Shown in pieces: positions 18,762-27,842 of a DNA stretch of 64,000 bases; position 1 is the stretch's first letter, and each line of letters begins with the position of its first letter. Below the pieces are notes generated by a model. The model did no database searches and had not been told where the DNA came from. It saw only the letters and a list, made by a program, of their open reading frames with translations. The stretch covers positions 2,025,462 through 2,089,461 of the forward strand of contig OY969814.1 of assembly GCA_963703345.1 (NCBI GenBank). The letters are read 5' to 3'. Made by a program: the position numbers and the translations under genes. The DNA comes from an uncultured Chloroflexia bacterium (GTDB lineage Bacteria; Chloroflexota; Dehalococcoidia; DSTF01; JALHUB01).

Positions 18762-19259
18762 TTGAACAACATGAACGAACTGAGATTTCCGACGAGCCCC
18801 GGCGAGACGGCGCTGTTCGTGCGAACGCTGTTCGGCAGGCGGATCGCGCGTTTTGCGGCGGTCGGCGCGAGCTGCGGGGTAGTTCAGCTTTCTGTGCTGC
18901 ACCTGCTGGTGGCGAGCTTCGGAGCCGAGGAGCACCTGGCCAACCTGGTCGCCTTCATCATCTCGATGGAGCTGAACTTCACGTTCAACCAGCTCTTCAC
19001 CTGGCGTGACCGCTGGTCGAGCGAATTGACTATCGACCGGTTCATCGCGCGATTGCTGCTGTTCAACGTCGCTGCGTCGCTGACGGCAGGAGTGATGAAT
19101 CAGGGCGTCTTCGCGCTTATGAACCTCTTCATCTGGTACCTGCCGGCGGCGGCTATCGGCATCTGCGTCGCGGCTGCGGCCAACTTCCTCGTAAACGACC
19201 GTCTGGTGTTCCGGCTCTGGAGCACGGGCGGCGCTCCGGCCACAATAAGCGAACCGTAG
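18762..19259 (+). CDS. GtrA-family membrane protein
   Basis: Four-helix small membrane protein with RFAAVGASCGVVQLSVLHLLV...FLVNDRLVFR typical of the GtrA family; TTG or ATG(18771) start. Confidence 0.65.
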   Translation: MNNMNELRFPTSPGETALFVRTLFGRRIARFAAVGASCGVVQLSVLHLLVASFGAEEHLANLVAFIISMELNFTFNQLFTWRDRWSSELTIDRFIARLLLFNVAASLTAGVMNQGVFALMNLFIWYLPAAAIGICVAAAANFLVNDRLVFRLWSTGGAPATISEP

Positions 19260-19337
19260 TCGTCGCGCTACGGGCATGGATCTAGCGGGAGTTCGCTGCC
19301 TCCGGTATCTTTTCTCCGGACCGTAACGGAGCGAGGC

Positions 19338-20363
19338 TTACCCTTCTTCCATGAGAGGCCGCGTGCGCTTGGGGAAGATGCGGCGGAAGAGCCGCGGTAC
19401 GTCGCCTTCCTCCCAGGTGACCAGTATCTGGCTGGCGACGAAGATTGAGCTGTAAGTCCCCGTTACCGTCCCGATGAGCATGACAACGAGGAAGGGCCGG
19501 ATCGTCACGCCGCCGATCAGCAGGAGCGCCACAACGGCCATGATGACGGTGAAGGACGTGTTAAGGGAGCGCCCCAGCGTCTGAAGGATGCTGTTGTTCA
19601 CGCACTCGTGCAGCGGCAGGTCGGGATAGCGCTGGCGATTCTCGCGGATGCGGTCGAGGACGACGATGGTGTCGTGGACGCTGAATCCAATCACGGTGAG
19701 AAGGCCGGTGATGAACATGGTGTTCACTTCCATGTTGAAGACCTTCCCGAAGATAGAGTAGGCGCCCATCACGAGGATCACGTCGTGGCCGGTGGCGATT
19801 GTAGCGGCGATCCCGCAGCGGGACGGGTTGGGAATGGAGCGGAACGCGAAGCTTATGTAGAGAAGTATGGCGATGGAAGCCGCTATCACGGCGATGGCGG
19901 CGTTCCTGCCGATCTCGCGGGAGACGGTGCCGGACACAGCAGAGGACTGCACGGTCCAGGGGATCGGGTTGCCCTGGCTGTCCTTCGCCAGGCTGCCGTC
20001 GTCCTTCAGCATCGGGCCGAACTTGTCGAAGAGCGCCTTGGTTACCGATTGCTGCTCGCCGATGGGCTGCGGGCCGCCTTCGGGGGCCTGCGTCGCTGAG
20101 CCCTGAAGCTCGGAAGTGCGCACGAGGTAGCGGTTGACCCCGGTGGACTGCACTTTCGCTTCCGGATGGCCGAGCGCGGTCATCTCGGCCCGCATATCCG
20201 ATTCCTGCACGGTATTCTGGAAGCTGACCTCGAACATGCTTCCGCTGGTGAACTCGATGCCCGGCTTCAGTCCCGGCGGGACGATGAGGGAGATGATGCC
20301 CGGCAGCAGGACCATGAACGACAGCAGATAATACCAGTTGCGTCGGCGAACGAAGTCAAACAT
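19338..20363 (-). CDS. secF: protein translocase subunit SecF
   Basis: SecF topology and motifs; overlaps secD stop by ATGA. Confidence 0.85.
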   Translation of the reverse strand: MFDFVRRRNWYYLLSFMVLLPGIISLIVPPGLKPGIEFTSGSMFEVSFQNTVQESDMRAEMTALGHPEAKVQSTGVNRYLVRTSELQGSATQAPEGGPQPIGEQQSVTKALFDKFGPMLKDDGSLAKDSQGNPIPWTVQSSAVSGTVSREIGRNAAIAVIAASIAILLYISFAFRSIPNPSRCGIAATIATGHDVILVMGAYSIFGKVFNMEVNTMFITGLLTVIGFSVHDTIVVLDRIRENRQRYPDLPLHECVNNSILQTLGRSLNTSFTVIMAVVALLLIGGVTIRPFLVVMLIGTVTGTYSSIFVASQILVTWEEGDVPRLFRRIFPKRTRPLMEEG

Positions 20364-21898
20364 CAGGCGCCGCCTCCTGCCGTAGGAAGGCTTGCGCGCT
20401 CACGCGCGCCGCCGTCCTTCGTTCCGACCTGCGACACCCAGAGCACGGGTTTGCGCGACGCCGGTATGCTGATGACGATTCGCAGGAACGTCCGCGTGAC
20501 GAGGATTGCCGAGAACATGCTTATGAGAACACCGACCGCCAGGGTGAGGGCAAAGCCTTTGACCAGGCTGGCGCCGAACTGATCGCCGAACCAGAAGAGG
20601 ATGGCGCAGGTTATAAGCGTCGAGACGTTGCTGTCGCGGATGGACGACCAGGCGCGGTTGAAGCCTTCCTCCAAAGCGACGACGAGGCTACGTCCTATAC
20701 GAACCTCTTCCTTCATGCGTTCGAATATGAGGATGTTGGCGTCCACGGCCATGCCGACCGAGAGGACGAAGGCGGCGATGCCGGAGAGGGTAAGGGTAAC
20801 CGGCCAGAGCTTAAAGGCAGCAAGAACGATCGTTGCGTAGACTGAGAGGGCTACCGCCGCGATCAAGCCCGGCAGGCGGTAGTAGAGCACCATGAAGAGC
20901 ATGATGACCAGCATGGCGATCTCGCCAGCGATAACGCTCTTCTGCACCGAGTCGTGGCCGAGCGTGGCATCGACGTTCTCGCTCTGGACGACCTTGAGGG
21001 GGACCGGGAAGGCGCCGGCCTTGAGCAGCTTGGTCAGGGTCTGCGCGTCCTCCAGGGTCATGCCGGTGATCTGGCCCCTGTCCTTGATCACGGACTGAAT
21101 TGTCGGTGCGTCAACGTGGTTGTCAACGGTTTCGATTGGCTTGCCGTCGAGGAAGATGGCCATGGGCTTCTTGAGCAGGCGGGTCGTAATCTGCTCGAAT
21201 AGGTGGGCGCCCTCGTCATTGAACTGGAAGTCGACAATCGGTTTTCCGGGGGCATTCGGATCACCGGTGAGAAAGGCATTGGTCAGGTACTGGCCGGTAA
21301 GCGGGACGATTTGACCGTCTCTGGTCGTCGCAGTGGCGGGAACCCAGACGACGTCATCGAGGCTGGGAATCTGGGCTTCCGGAACATACGCTTCCGTGCC
21401 GTCGGCCTGCGTGATGGCGACGTTGCCGTTAGCATCTCTCTTCATCTCCCGAAAGTCCAGGAGAGCCGTCTTACCGATCTTCGCCATGGCGTCTTCGGCG
21501 GTCATGCCCGGGATCTGAACAGCGATCCTGTTGCCCTGGCGCTGGATCTCGGACTCGGCGATACCGAACTGGTTGATGCGGCGCTCGATGATGTTGATGG
21601 CGCTGGTGAGGGCGTCGTCGAGGTTGACGTTCGGCGAGTTCGACAGGTCAGGTTCGAGGACGAGACGGGTGCCGCCCTTGAGGTCGAGGCCGAGGGTCAT
21701 GGCGCGACGCTTCAGGTTGACGCGTTGAAGCGTGTCGCCGCTGAGCTTGAAGAAGGGCATGTTTATCCCCTTGCCTTCGGGCCAGGGGATGGCGCCGGGC
21801 AGGTAGTGCCACGGCTCCGAGGGCCACATGACGATGAGCGAGAAGGCCGCGAGCAGGACGATGAATGCTAGCAGTATTCTATCGGTCGTGCGATGCAA
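20363..21898 (-). CDS. secD: protein translocase subunit SecD
   Basis: SecD periplasmic domain plus six C-terminal TM helices; precedes secF. Confidence 0.85.
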   Translation of the reverse strand: MHRTTDRILLAFIVLLAAFSLIVMWPSEPWHYLPGAIPWPEGKGINMPFFKLSGDTLQRVNLKRRAMTLGLDLKGGTRLVLEPDLSNSPNVNLDDALTSAINIIERRINQFGIAESEIQRQGNRIAVQIPGMTAEDAMAKIGKTALLDFREMKRDANGNVAITQADGTEAYVPEAQIPSLDDVVWVPATATTRDGQIVPLTGQYLTNAFLTGDPNAPGKPIVDFQFNDEGAHLFEQITTRLLKKPMAIFLDGKPIETVDNHVDAPTIQSVIKDRGQITGMTLEDAQTLTKLLKAGAFPVPLKVVQSENVDATLGHDSVQKSVIAGEIAMLVIMLFMVLYYRLPGLIAAVALSVYATIVLAAFKLWPVTLTLSGIAAFVLSVGMAVDANILIFERMKEEVRIGRSLVVALEEGFNRAWSSIRDSNVSTLITCAILFWFGDQFGASLVKGFALTLAVGVLISMFSAILVTRTFLRIVISIPASRKPVLWVSQVGTKDGGARERASLPTAGGGA

Positions 21899-22091
21899 TT
21901 CTGTTAGCTAGCTCCCATCTGATAGTGAGCGCCTCTCGCGCTCCCATTCGCCCCTTCCGTGGGCCCGCTCGATGCCCGTCCTTCTCGCACCGTTTACAGA
22001 ACTACAAGTACTACTATAGCGTCGCAAGAGCTTACGCGCCAGCCAACTTCCGGCTTTCTTATGTTGTTTAACGCATCGGAGGGCGATTGGT

Positions 22092-23609
22092 TCAGCGGGA
22101 GGCGGCTTTCGTCGAAGAGGCTTCGGCGAGGAAGAGGCGCCGGGCAAGGTCCAGCGCTTCCTCGCGCGTGGAGATTTCGCCCAGGGCACGGGCCTCCTCT
22201 ATTGCGGCGAGCAAGCGTCCGACGAGCGGGCCAGGAGCGATGTCGAGCTCGTTCATCACGTCTTCGCCGGTAACCAGGCGGGACGGCGGCGCCGGCGGCT
22301 GCTCCAGGTAGTAGCGGCCGAGGATGTAGCTTACGAAGGCGACGTGCTTCCGCCAGGTCTGGAGGAGAAGACGCGGGCCGCGGGCGGCCAGGTGATCGGC
22401 GAGGGTGAGGAAGAGGACGTCGAGGGCGGCGTCGGCCGTGTCGCGGAAGAAGCGATAGACGGCGCGCTGCGTCGGCGGGCCCTCGTTGCTCATCTGGCCC
22501 GGGCGCAGGTGATTTTCGACGATTGTGGCAACGAAGCGCGCCTCGACGTTGCTGAAGCGGAGGCGCTGCATTATCGACTCGGCTTTTTCGGCGCCGAGGT
22601 CGACGTGGCCGAGGAAGCGGATGCGGCCGGTGCGGTCCGGCGCCTTCGTCTCCGGCTTGGCGACGTCGTGGAGAAGGCCAGCCAGCTTGAGGAGAGTGCC
22701 CCGCGATCTTCCTTCGACAAGCGCCTCGCGGAAGTGCTCGCGGACGTTCGGCAGCCAGGCCATCTGCTCCCAGAGCTCGCGCCAGAAGGCCCTCTCGCGG
22801 CCGCCGGCGGGCTCTTCTTCGGCCAGCATGAAATCGAGGGCGACCACGGTCTGGAGCAGGTGGTCGAAGACGTCCCAGTAGTGCTCCTTCGGCTGGGAGA
22901 CGCCCCGGCAGGCGGTGACCTCCGGAAGCAGTCGCTCCAGCAGGCCGAGGCCGTCGAGCTGGCGGAGGGAGCCGCCGGAATCGCGCGTGGCCAGGATGCG
23001 GGCGATCTCGTCGCGTTTGCGTTCCGGTGCGACGGGATCGAGGCAAGCAGCGTCGCGGCGGACGAGCACGGCGGTGGCGTCGTCGAGGAAGAAGCCTAGC
23101 TCGGCGCAGAGGCGGACGGCCCTAAGGAGGCGCAGCCCGTCGGCGCGGAAGACGCCTTCGCCCCGGGCGCGGACGAGCCTCCGGCGAAGGTCGTCGGCGC
23201 CGGCGCAGGGGTCGATGAGCGGCTGCGGCGAGCGACAGGTCGCGGCGGCCAGCGGCAGGGCCGTGGCGTTGATGGTGAAGTCGCGGGCGGCGAGGTCCGA
23301 CTCGATGTCGCCGCGGAGTCGCGTTATGTCGACGTAGCCTACCGCGGCGTCTTCCGGCAGGACGACGCGCATGATGCCGCGCTCTTCGTCGAGAGGGAAG
23401 GCGTGGCCGCCTGCGGCTTCGGCGGCAAGCTGCGCCAGCAAGGCGGGATCGCCGGCGAGGGCGATGTCGACGTCGCGGACGGGGCGGTCGAGCAGGAGGT
23501 CGCGGAGGAAGCCGCCGGTGATGTAGCCGTCGGCGTCGTGCTGGAGCCAGACGCGTCGCAGGTCGGAGAGGAGACGGCGAACGGGAGCGGGAAGTGATAC
23601 GCGCGGCAA
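22092..23609 (-). CDS. cca: CCA tRNA nucleotidyltransferase / polyA polymerase family with HD domain
   Basis: GGFLRDLLLDRPVRDVDIA nucleotidyltransferase head; HD domain (HYWDVFDH...HDVAKP) at C-terminus. Confidence 0.75.
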   Translation of the reverse strand: MPRVSLPAPVRRLLSDLRRVWLQHDADGYITGGFLRDLLLDRPVRDVDIALAGDPALLAQLAAEAAGGHAFPLDEERGIMRVVLPEDAAVGYVDITRLRGDIESDLAARDFTINATALPLAAATCRSPQPLIDPCAGADDLRRRLVRARGEGVFRADGLRLLRAVRLCAELGFFLDDATAVLVRRDAACLDPVAPERKRDEIARILATRDSGGSLRQLDGLGLLERLLPEVTACRGVSQPKEHYWDVFDHLLQTVVALDFMLAEEEPAGGRERAFWRELWEQMAWLPNVREHFREALVEGRSRGTLLKLAGLLHDVAKPETKAPDRTGRIRFLGHVDLGAEKAESIMQRLRFSNVEARFVATIVENHLRPGQMSNEGPPTQRAVYRFFRDTADAALDVLFLTLADHLAARGPRLLLQTWRKHVAFVSYILGRYYLEQPPAPPSRLVTGEDVMNELDIAPGPLVGRLLAAIEEARALGEISTREEALDLARRLFLAEASSTKAASR

Positions 23610-23630
23610 AACGCCTCCTGCGGGCCGGCG

Positions 23631-24131
23631 CTATTCCTCGGCGACGGCGGCCTCTTCGCGGGCTTCGATGCGCTTTAGCTGGTCGGGGCTGTCCAGGTAG
23701 TCGATGTAAAGGATGCCCTCCAGGTGGTCCATCTCATGCTCGAGGGCCTGGGCGAGCAGGTCGTCGCGGGCCCTGACGCGGAAGGGCCGGCCTTCGCGGT
23801 CGAGCGCCTTGACGATGACGGCTTCGGAGCGCGTTATTTCGGCGGCGTAGCCCGGCACGGAGAGACAGGCCTCTTCGAGGCGTCGCTCGCCGGACCGCTT
23901 GACGACGCGCGGGTTGATGAGGACGATGACTTCTTCTTCGGGTATGCCGATGACGGCGATGCGCAGCGATTGTCCTATCTGGGGCGCCGCCAGGCCGACG
24001 CCGTGGGCGTCGTGCATGGTGTCGATCATGTCGTCGATGAGGCGCTGGACGGAGGCGTCGATCTTGCGGACGGCATGGGTCTTCTGTCGCAGGGCGGGGT
24101 CGCCGACAAGTCGGAGTGGCAGGACAGCCAC
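23631..24131 (-). CDS. def: peptide deformylase
   Basis: GVGLAAPQIG, EACLS, HEMDHL motifs. Confidence 0.9.
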   Translation of the reverse strand: MAVLPLRLVGDPALRQKTHAVRKIDASVQRLIDDMIDTMHDAHGVGLAAPQIGQSLRIAVIGIPEEEVIVLINPRVVKRSGERRLEEACLSVPGYAAEITRSEAVIVKALDREGRPFRVRARDDLLAQALEHEMDHLEGILYIDYLDSPDQLKRIEAREEAAVAEE

Positions 24132-24195
24132 GGCTTAAAGCTCTCCTTCTTGGTCTATACATCCATTGTAGCGGACGTCCGCAAGGACGGGAAGC

Positions 24196-24345
24196 GGCGG
24201 GGGTTCGGCGCGACGAGCGAAGCGAGGAGCGCAACGAGAACGCGATCAGCGCACGTCTCACTGCCGCTACGAAGGCGACATGGACGATCGACGCAACATG
24301 AGGCTTCGTTGCAGGAAGCGACGTGGGTTCGGCCGCGAGGCTTCG
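24196..24345 (+). repeat. Interspersed GC-rich repeat, copy 3 (+ orientation), with terminal hairpin CGCGAGGC-TTC-GCCTCGCG
   Basis: Reference copy; the ~150-nt body is shared with copies 1, 2, 4 and 5. Confidence 0.75.
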
Positions 24346-24442
24346 CCTCGCGCAAGGCAAGCCTCCAATTCTGAGCCTGGCGATCCAGAAGCTGAGGGAT
24401 TCATCCCTCAGAACTGTTTGTCGCCGCAGGAGGAGGTCTATT

Positions 24443-24530
24443 GGGATCGGCGCGACGAGCGAAGCGAGGAGCGCAACGAGAACGCGATCAGCGCGCGCGG
24501 TAGCGTCGTCACGAACGCGACTTGGGAGAA
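24443..24530 (+). repeat. Interspersed GC-rich repeat, copy 4 (partial, + orientation), in tandem with copy 3
   Basis: GGCGCGACGAGCGAAGCGAGGAGCGCAACGAGAACGCGATCAGCGC identical to copy 3 over the first ~50 nt. Confidence 0.7.
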
Positions 24531-24556
24531 GACCGGTCGCGAAAGGGAGGGGCGGG

Positions 24557-24910
24557 CTACTCGGGTCGAGCCGTCGTCTTCTCTTTGATGCGGGCGGCCT
24601 TTCCGGCCAGGCCCCGGAGATAGTACAGCCGGGCCCGTCGCACTTTGCCTCGTCGCGTGATCTCGATCTTCTCCAGGCGCGGCGAGTAGAGCATGAACGT
24701 GCGCTCAATGCCGACGCCGTGCGAGAGGCGGCGAACCGTGACGTTGGCGCTGGGTCCGCCCCGTCGCGACCGGATCACGACGCCCTGGAAGACCTGCGTG
24801 CGCTCGCGGTCTCCTTCGACGACTTTGGCGCTCACCCTGACGGTATCGCCGATGCCGTAGGCGGCGACCTCCGGGTTCATCTTGACTTCGACTAGCGAGT
24901 TTGCATCCAC
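24557..24910 (-). CDS. rplS: 50S ribosomal protein L19
   Basis: GDTVRV...VEG.RER.Q.F.GVVI...RRG...[15 protein letters not shown]; GTG start. Confidence 0.9.
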   Translation of the reverse strand: MDANSLVEVKMNPEVAAYGIGDTVRVSAKVVEGDRERTQVFQGVVIRSRRGGPSANVTVRRLSHGVGIERTFMLYSPRLEKIEITRRGKVRRARLYYLRGLAGKAARIKEKTTARPE

Positions 24911-24945
24911 CAGGGTTTACTCCGTAGCCCCTAGACTAGCAGATA

Positions 24946-25683
24946 TCAGTCCTTTTCCGCCAGTGTCTCCGTGGCGAGGCGTCGCTCGGCTTCGCTGAGG
25001 GCGACGCGCTCCAGCAGATCAGGGCGACGGCGGCAGGTGCGCAGGATGCTCTGCTCGCGTCGCCAGGCGGCGATCTGGGCGTGGTTGCCGGAAAGAAGCG
25101 GCTCCGGCACCTTCCAGCCGCGAAACTCAGCGGGCCGAGTGTACTGCGGGTACTCCAGCAGCCCCTGCGCGTGCGACTCCTCGGCCAGCGAGTCCTTCGA
25201 GCCGAGGACGCCGGGCAGGCGGCGCACCACAACGTCGATAAGCACCATCGCCGGCAGCTCACCGCCGGACAGGACGTAATCGCCGATGCTGATCTCGTCG
25301 TCGACCAGGTGCTCGCGCACGCGTTCGTCGACGCCCTCGTAGTGGCCACAAACAAGGATGAGGCGCCCGCGACGGGCAAACTGATCGCCGACCTGCTGCG
25401 TCAGGAGGCAGCCCTGCGGCGTCAGCAGGACGACGTGCGGGCTCCTCTCGTCCATGGCGGTGACGGCTTCGACGGCGTCGAACAGCGGCTCCGGCTTCAT
25501 CACCATTCCCGGACCACCGCCGTACGCATAATCGTCTACGACATGGTGCTTGTCTTTGCTGTAGTCGCGGATGTTGTGAAGGGCGACTTCGACGCGGCCG
25601 CTTTCGATTGCCCGGCCGAGGATGCTTGCCTGCAGGGGGCCGCTGAACATCTCCGGGAAGAGGGTGAGGACGTCGATGCGCAT
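24946..25683 (-). CDS. trmD: tRNA (guanine37-N1)-methyltransferase
   Basis: [13 protein letters not shown]...[22 protein letters not shown]-fold TrmD motifs. Confidence 0.9.
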   Translation of the reverse strand: MRIDVLTLFPEMFSGPLQASILGRAIESGRVEVALHNIRDYSKDKHHVVDDYAYGGGPGMVMKPEPLFDAVEAVTAMDERSPHVVLLTPQGCLLTQQVGDQFARRGRLILVCGHYEGVDERVREHLVDDEISIGDYVLSGGELPAMVLIDVVVRRLPGVLGSKDSLAEESHAQGLLEYPQYTRPAEFRGWKVPEPLLSGNHAQIAAWRREQSILRTCRRRPDLLERVALSEAERRLATETLAEKD

Positions 25684-25838
25684 GGTGGTCGCCTAGACGT
25701 GGTCGCCGTAGCGGCCTCTGGCGGTGCGAACGGCGTGCTCCAAGATGGGTGTCATATTCGAATCCGACCCATGATAGCACAGGCCCCGAGAATCTGAAAG
25801 CCGACCGTTCTTTCCCAAAAAACCGGGGGAAATAACCC

Positions 25839-25866
25839 TTGACAGGAGAAAGGTTTGTGGTAGCAT
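25839..25866 (+). promoter_or_regulatory. dcw-cluster promoter (Pmra-like): TTGACA-16 nt-TG-n-TAGCAT
   Basis: Near-consensus -35 and extended -10 hexamers 70 nt upstream of mraZ. Confidence 0.5.
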
Positions 25867-25891
25867 GTGGGGAAGTGTGGGAAGAAGTGGC
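25867..25891 (+). promoter_or_regulatory. MraZ operator: three GTGGG/GTGGC direct repeats with 5-nt spacers
   Basis: GTGGGgaagtGTGGGaagaaGTGGC has 10-bp periodicity immediately downstream of the -10, as for MraZ boxes (TGGGN) in other bacteria. Confidence 0.5.
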
Positions 25892-25938
25892 AGGGAATGG
25901 CACGCTTGCCTCGCTGGCCCACCAGTCTGGGCGGGAAA

Positions 25939-26370
25939 ATGGTATTTCGCGGTACTTTCAGGTACAGCTTGGACAATCGGGGAAGGATCCCCATTCCCGC
26001 CCGCTTCCGCGCGTCCTTCGGCAACGACGTCGTGCTGGTAGAGAACCGGGACGGGTGCGTCGAAGTTTTCAGCGCCGCTGCCTACGAGAAGGACGCGGAA
26101 TTCCTCCTGAACCAACGGCCGACCCGCCGGAAAGTGCGCCTGCTGTGGCGCGGGTATTTCGGCAACTCCTTCGACGCGGAGATAGACGGACAGGGCCGCA
26201 TCCTCTTGCCGCCACACCTGCGTCAGCATGGCGACCTCGACGGGCAGGTGGTGATCGTAGGATGCGGCGAATACCTGGAGATCTGGAATCCGCAGCGCTG
26301 GGCCGCCCAGCAAGAGGAGATAAACGCGCGGTACGACGCTGACCTGGAGTCGATGGAAGAGCGGCCATGA
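25939..26370 (+). CDS. mraZ: transcriptional regulator MraZ
   Basis: MVFRGTFRYSLDNRGRIPIP and second DxxGRxxLP repeat; start placed at MVFRG. Confidence 0.85.
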   Translation: MVFRGTFRYSLDNRGRIPIPARFRASFGNDVVLVENRDGCVEVFSAAAYEKDAEFLLNQRPTRRKVRLLWRGYFGNSFDAEIDGQGRILLPPHLRQHGDLDGQVVIVGCGEYLEIWNPQRWAAQQEEINARYDADLESMEERP

Positions 26371-27308
26371 CGGTAGTGATGATGACGGCAATACATATTC
26401 CTGTGATGGTGCGAGAAGTCCTCGACGGGCTGGCAGTGCGGCCTGGCGGACGCTACGTCGACGGCACGGTCGGTGAGGGCGGCCACGCGGAGGCGATCCT
26501 GGAAGCCGCGTCGCCGGGCGGACGCCTGCTCGGCATCGACCGCGACCCGGGCGCGCTGGCGGTGGCGGAAGAGCGGCTGAGCCCTTACGGCCGCAACGCA
26601 ACGCTCGTGGAGGGCAACTACGTGGAGATGGCGGAGATATGCCGTCGCCACGAATTCGCACCTGTCGATGGGATTCTGCTGGACCTGGGCGTCTCGTCGT
26701 TCCAGTTGGAGCACGGGAGGCGCGGGTTCAGTTTCAATCGCGAGGGGCCATTGGACATGCGCTTCAGCCCCACACACACGCTCACCGCGGACGATTTCGT
26801 CAACGGGTACCGGGAGGAAGACCTGGCGGACCTGATCTGGCGTTTCGGAGAGGAACACCGCAGCCGCCGCATCGCCCGCTGCATCGTTGAGCAGCGACCG
26901 ATCCTCACCACAACTCAGTTGGCCCGAGTCGTCGAGCAGGCCGTGGGCAAGAGGGGTCAAAGCGTTACCCACCCCGCCACCAGGACGTTCTTAGCCCTTC
27001 GAATTGCGGTAAATCAAGAGCTAGCCCACCTAGCTGCCGCGCTTGAAAAAGTCCACGGTCTGCTCGACGGCTCCGGCTCCCGACTGGCGGTCATCTCCTA
27101 TCACTCGCTGGAGGACCGCATCGTCAAGGAGTTCATGCGGAGAGAGGCAAGCGATTGCATCTGTCCGCCGGAAACTCCCGTTTGCACCTGCAATCATCGA
27201 GCGACTCTGCGTCTGGTGACCCGAAAGCCGCTGCGGCCTTCGGACCTTGAAGTGCTGATTAATCCGCGCTCTCGCAGCGCGCGGCTGCGAGTCGCTGAAA
27301 AGCTATAG
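26367..27308 (+). CDS. rsmH: 16S rRNA (cytosine1402-N4)-methyltransferase
   Basis: HIPVMVREVLDGL...DGTVGEGGHAEAIL...LGIDRD SAM-dependent methyltransferase motifs. Confidence 0.9.
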   Translation: MTVVMMTAIHIPVMVREVLDGLAVRPGGRYVDGTVGEGGHAEAILEAASPGGRLLGIDRDPGALAVAEERLSPYGRNATLVEGNYVEMAEICRRHEFAPVDGILLDLGVSSFQLEHGRRGFSFNREGPLDMRFSPTHTLTADDFVNGYREEDLADLIWRFGEEHRSRRIARCIVEQRPILTTTQLARVVEQAVGKRGQSVTHPATRTFLALRIAVNQELAHLAAALEKVHGLLDGSGSRLAVISYHSLEDRIVKEFMRREASDCICPPETPVCTCNHRATLRLVTRKPLRPSDLEVLINPRSRSARLRVAEKL

Positions 27309-27342
27309 GCAAGGATACTCCGCGGAAGCAGGTCTGACAAGG

Positions 27343-27780
27343 ATGTCCGCACTCGACCGTCTGATAGCACGACCACTGCCGAGGCCGCTTCCCCGGCTGA
27401 CGGGCGTCCGGCCGGCGCTGCTCATCGCCTTCCTGGTCGTCGCCTCCGTGGGGCTCCTACAGGTCTTCCAGATAAGCAACGCGACGACGAACGGCTACAC
27501 TCTGGAGCAACTGCAGCAGGAGCGCTTCGACAAGCAGGCAGAGGTGCATACGTTGGAGGCGGAAGTGGCGCTGCTGACGTCGATAGACCGGATCGACCAG
27601 GAGGCGCGCGGACGGCTGGGCATGGTGCCGGCGGACAGGGTTATGACGTTGGAGGTGCACAAGCAGCCGCCGGAGCAACAACTGGTGCCGCTGCGGTTCA
27701 TTTCCACGAGCAAGACGGCGACGGTCGAGACGCGTTCCTGGTGGCAGAAGCTTCTCGGCCTCGTGCCTCTCCCGGGTTAG
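27343..27780 (+). CDS. ftsL: cell division protein FtsL-like
   Basis: Single N-terminal TM helix followed by coiled-coil; position between rsmH and ftsI. Confidence 0.6.
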   Translation: MSALDRLIARPLPRPLPRLTGVRPALLIAFLVVASVGLLQVFQISNATTNGYTLEQLQQERFDKQAEVHTLEAEVALLTSIDRIDQEARGRLGMVPADRVMTLEVHKQPPEQQLVPLRFISTSKTATVETRSWWQKLLGLVPLPG

Positions 27781-27842
27781 ACGTAACGGCCTCTGCCTCG
27801 GCTCGGCGGGTCAGAAGGCCAAATCGATAGCTGGAGCCTGAC

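Noticed and set aside
24360-24440. Hairpin CTGAGGGA-TTCA-TCCCTCAG between the two tandem repeat copies as a terminator for rplS
   Set aside because: A perfect 8-bp stem, but it is not followed by a U-tract on the minus (transcribed) strand. Possibly part of the repeat insertion junction rather than a terminator.
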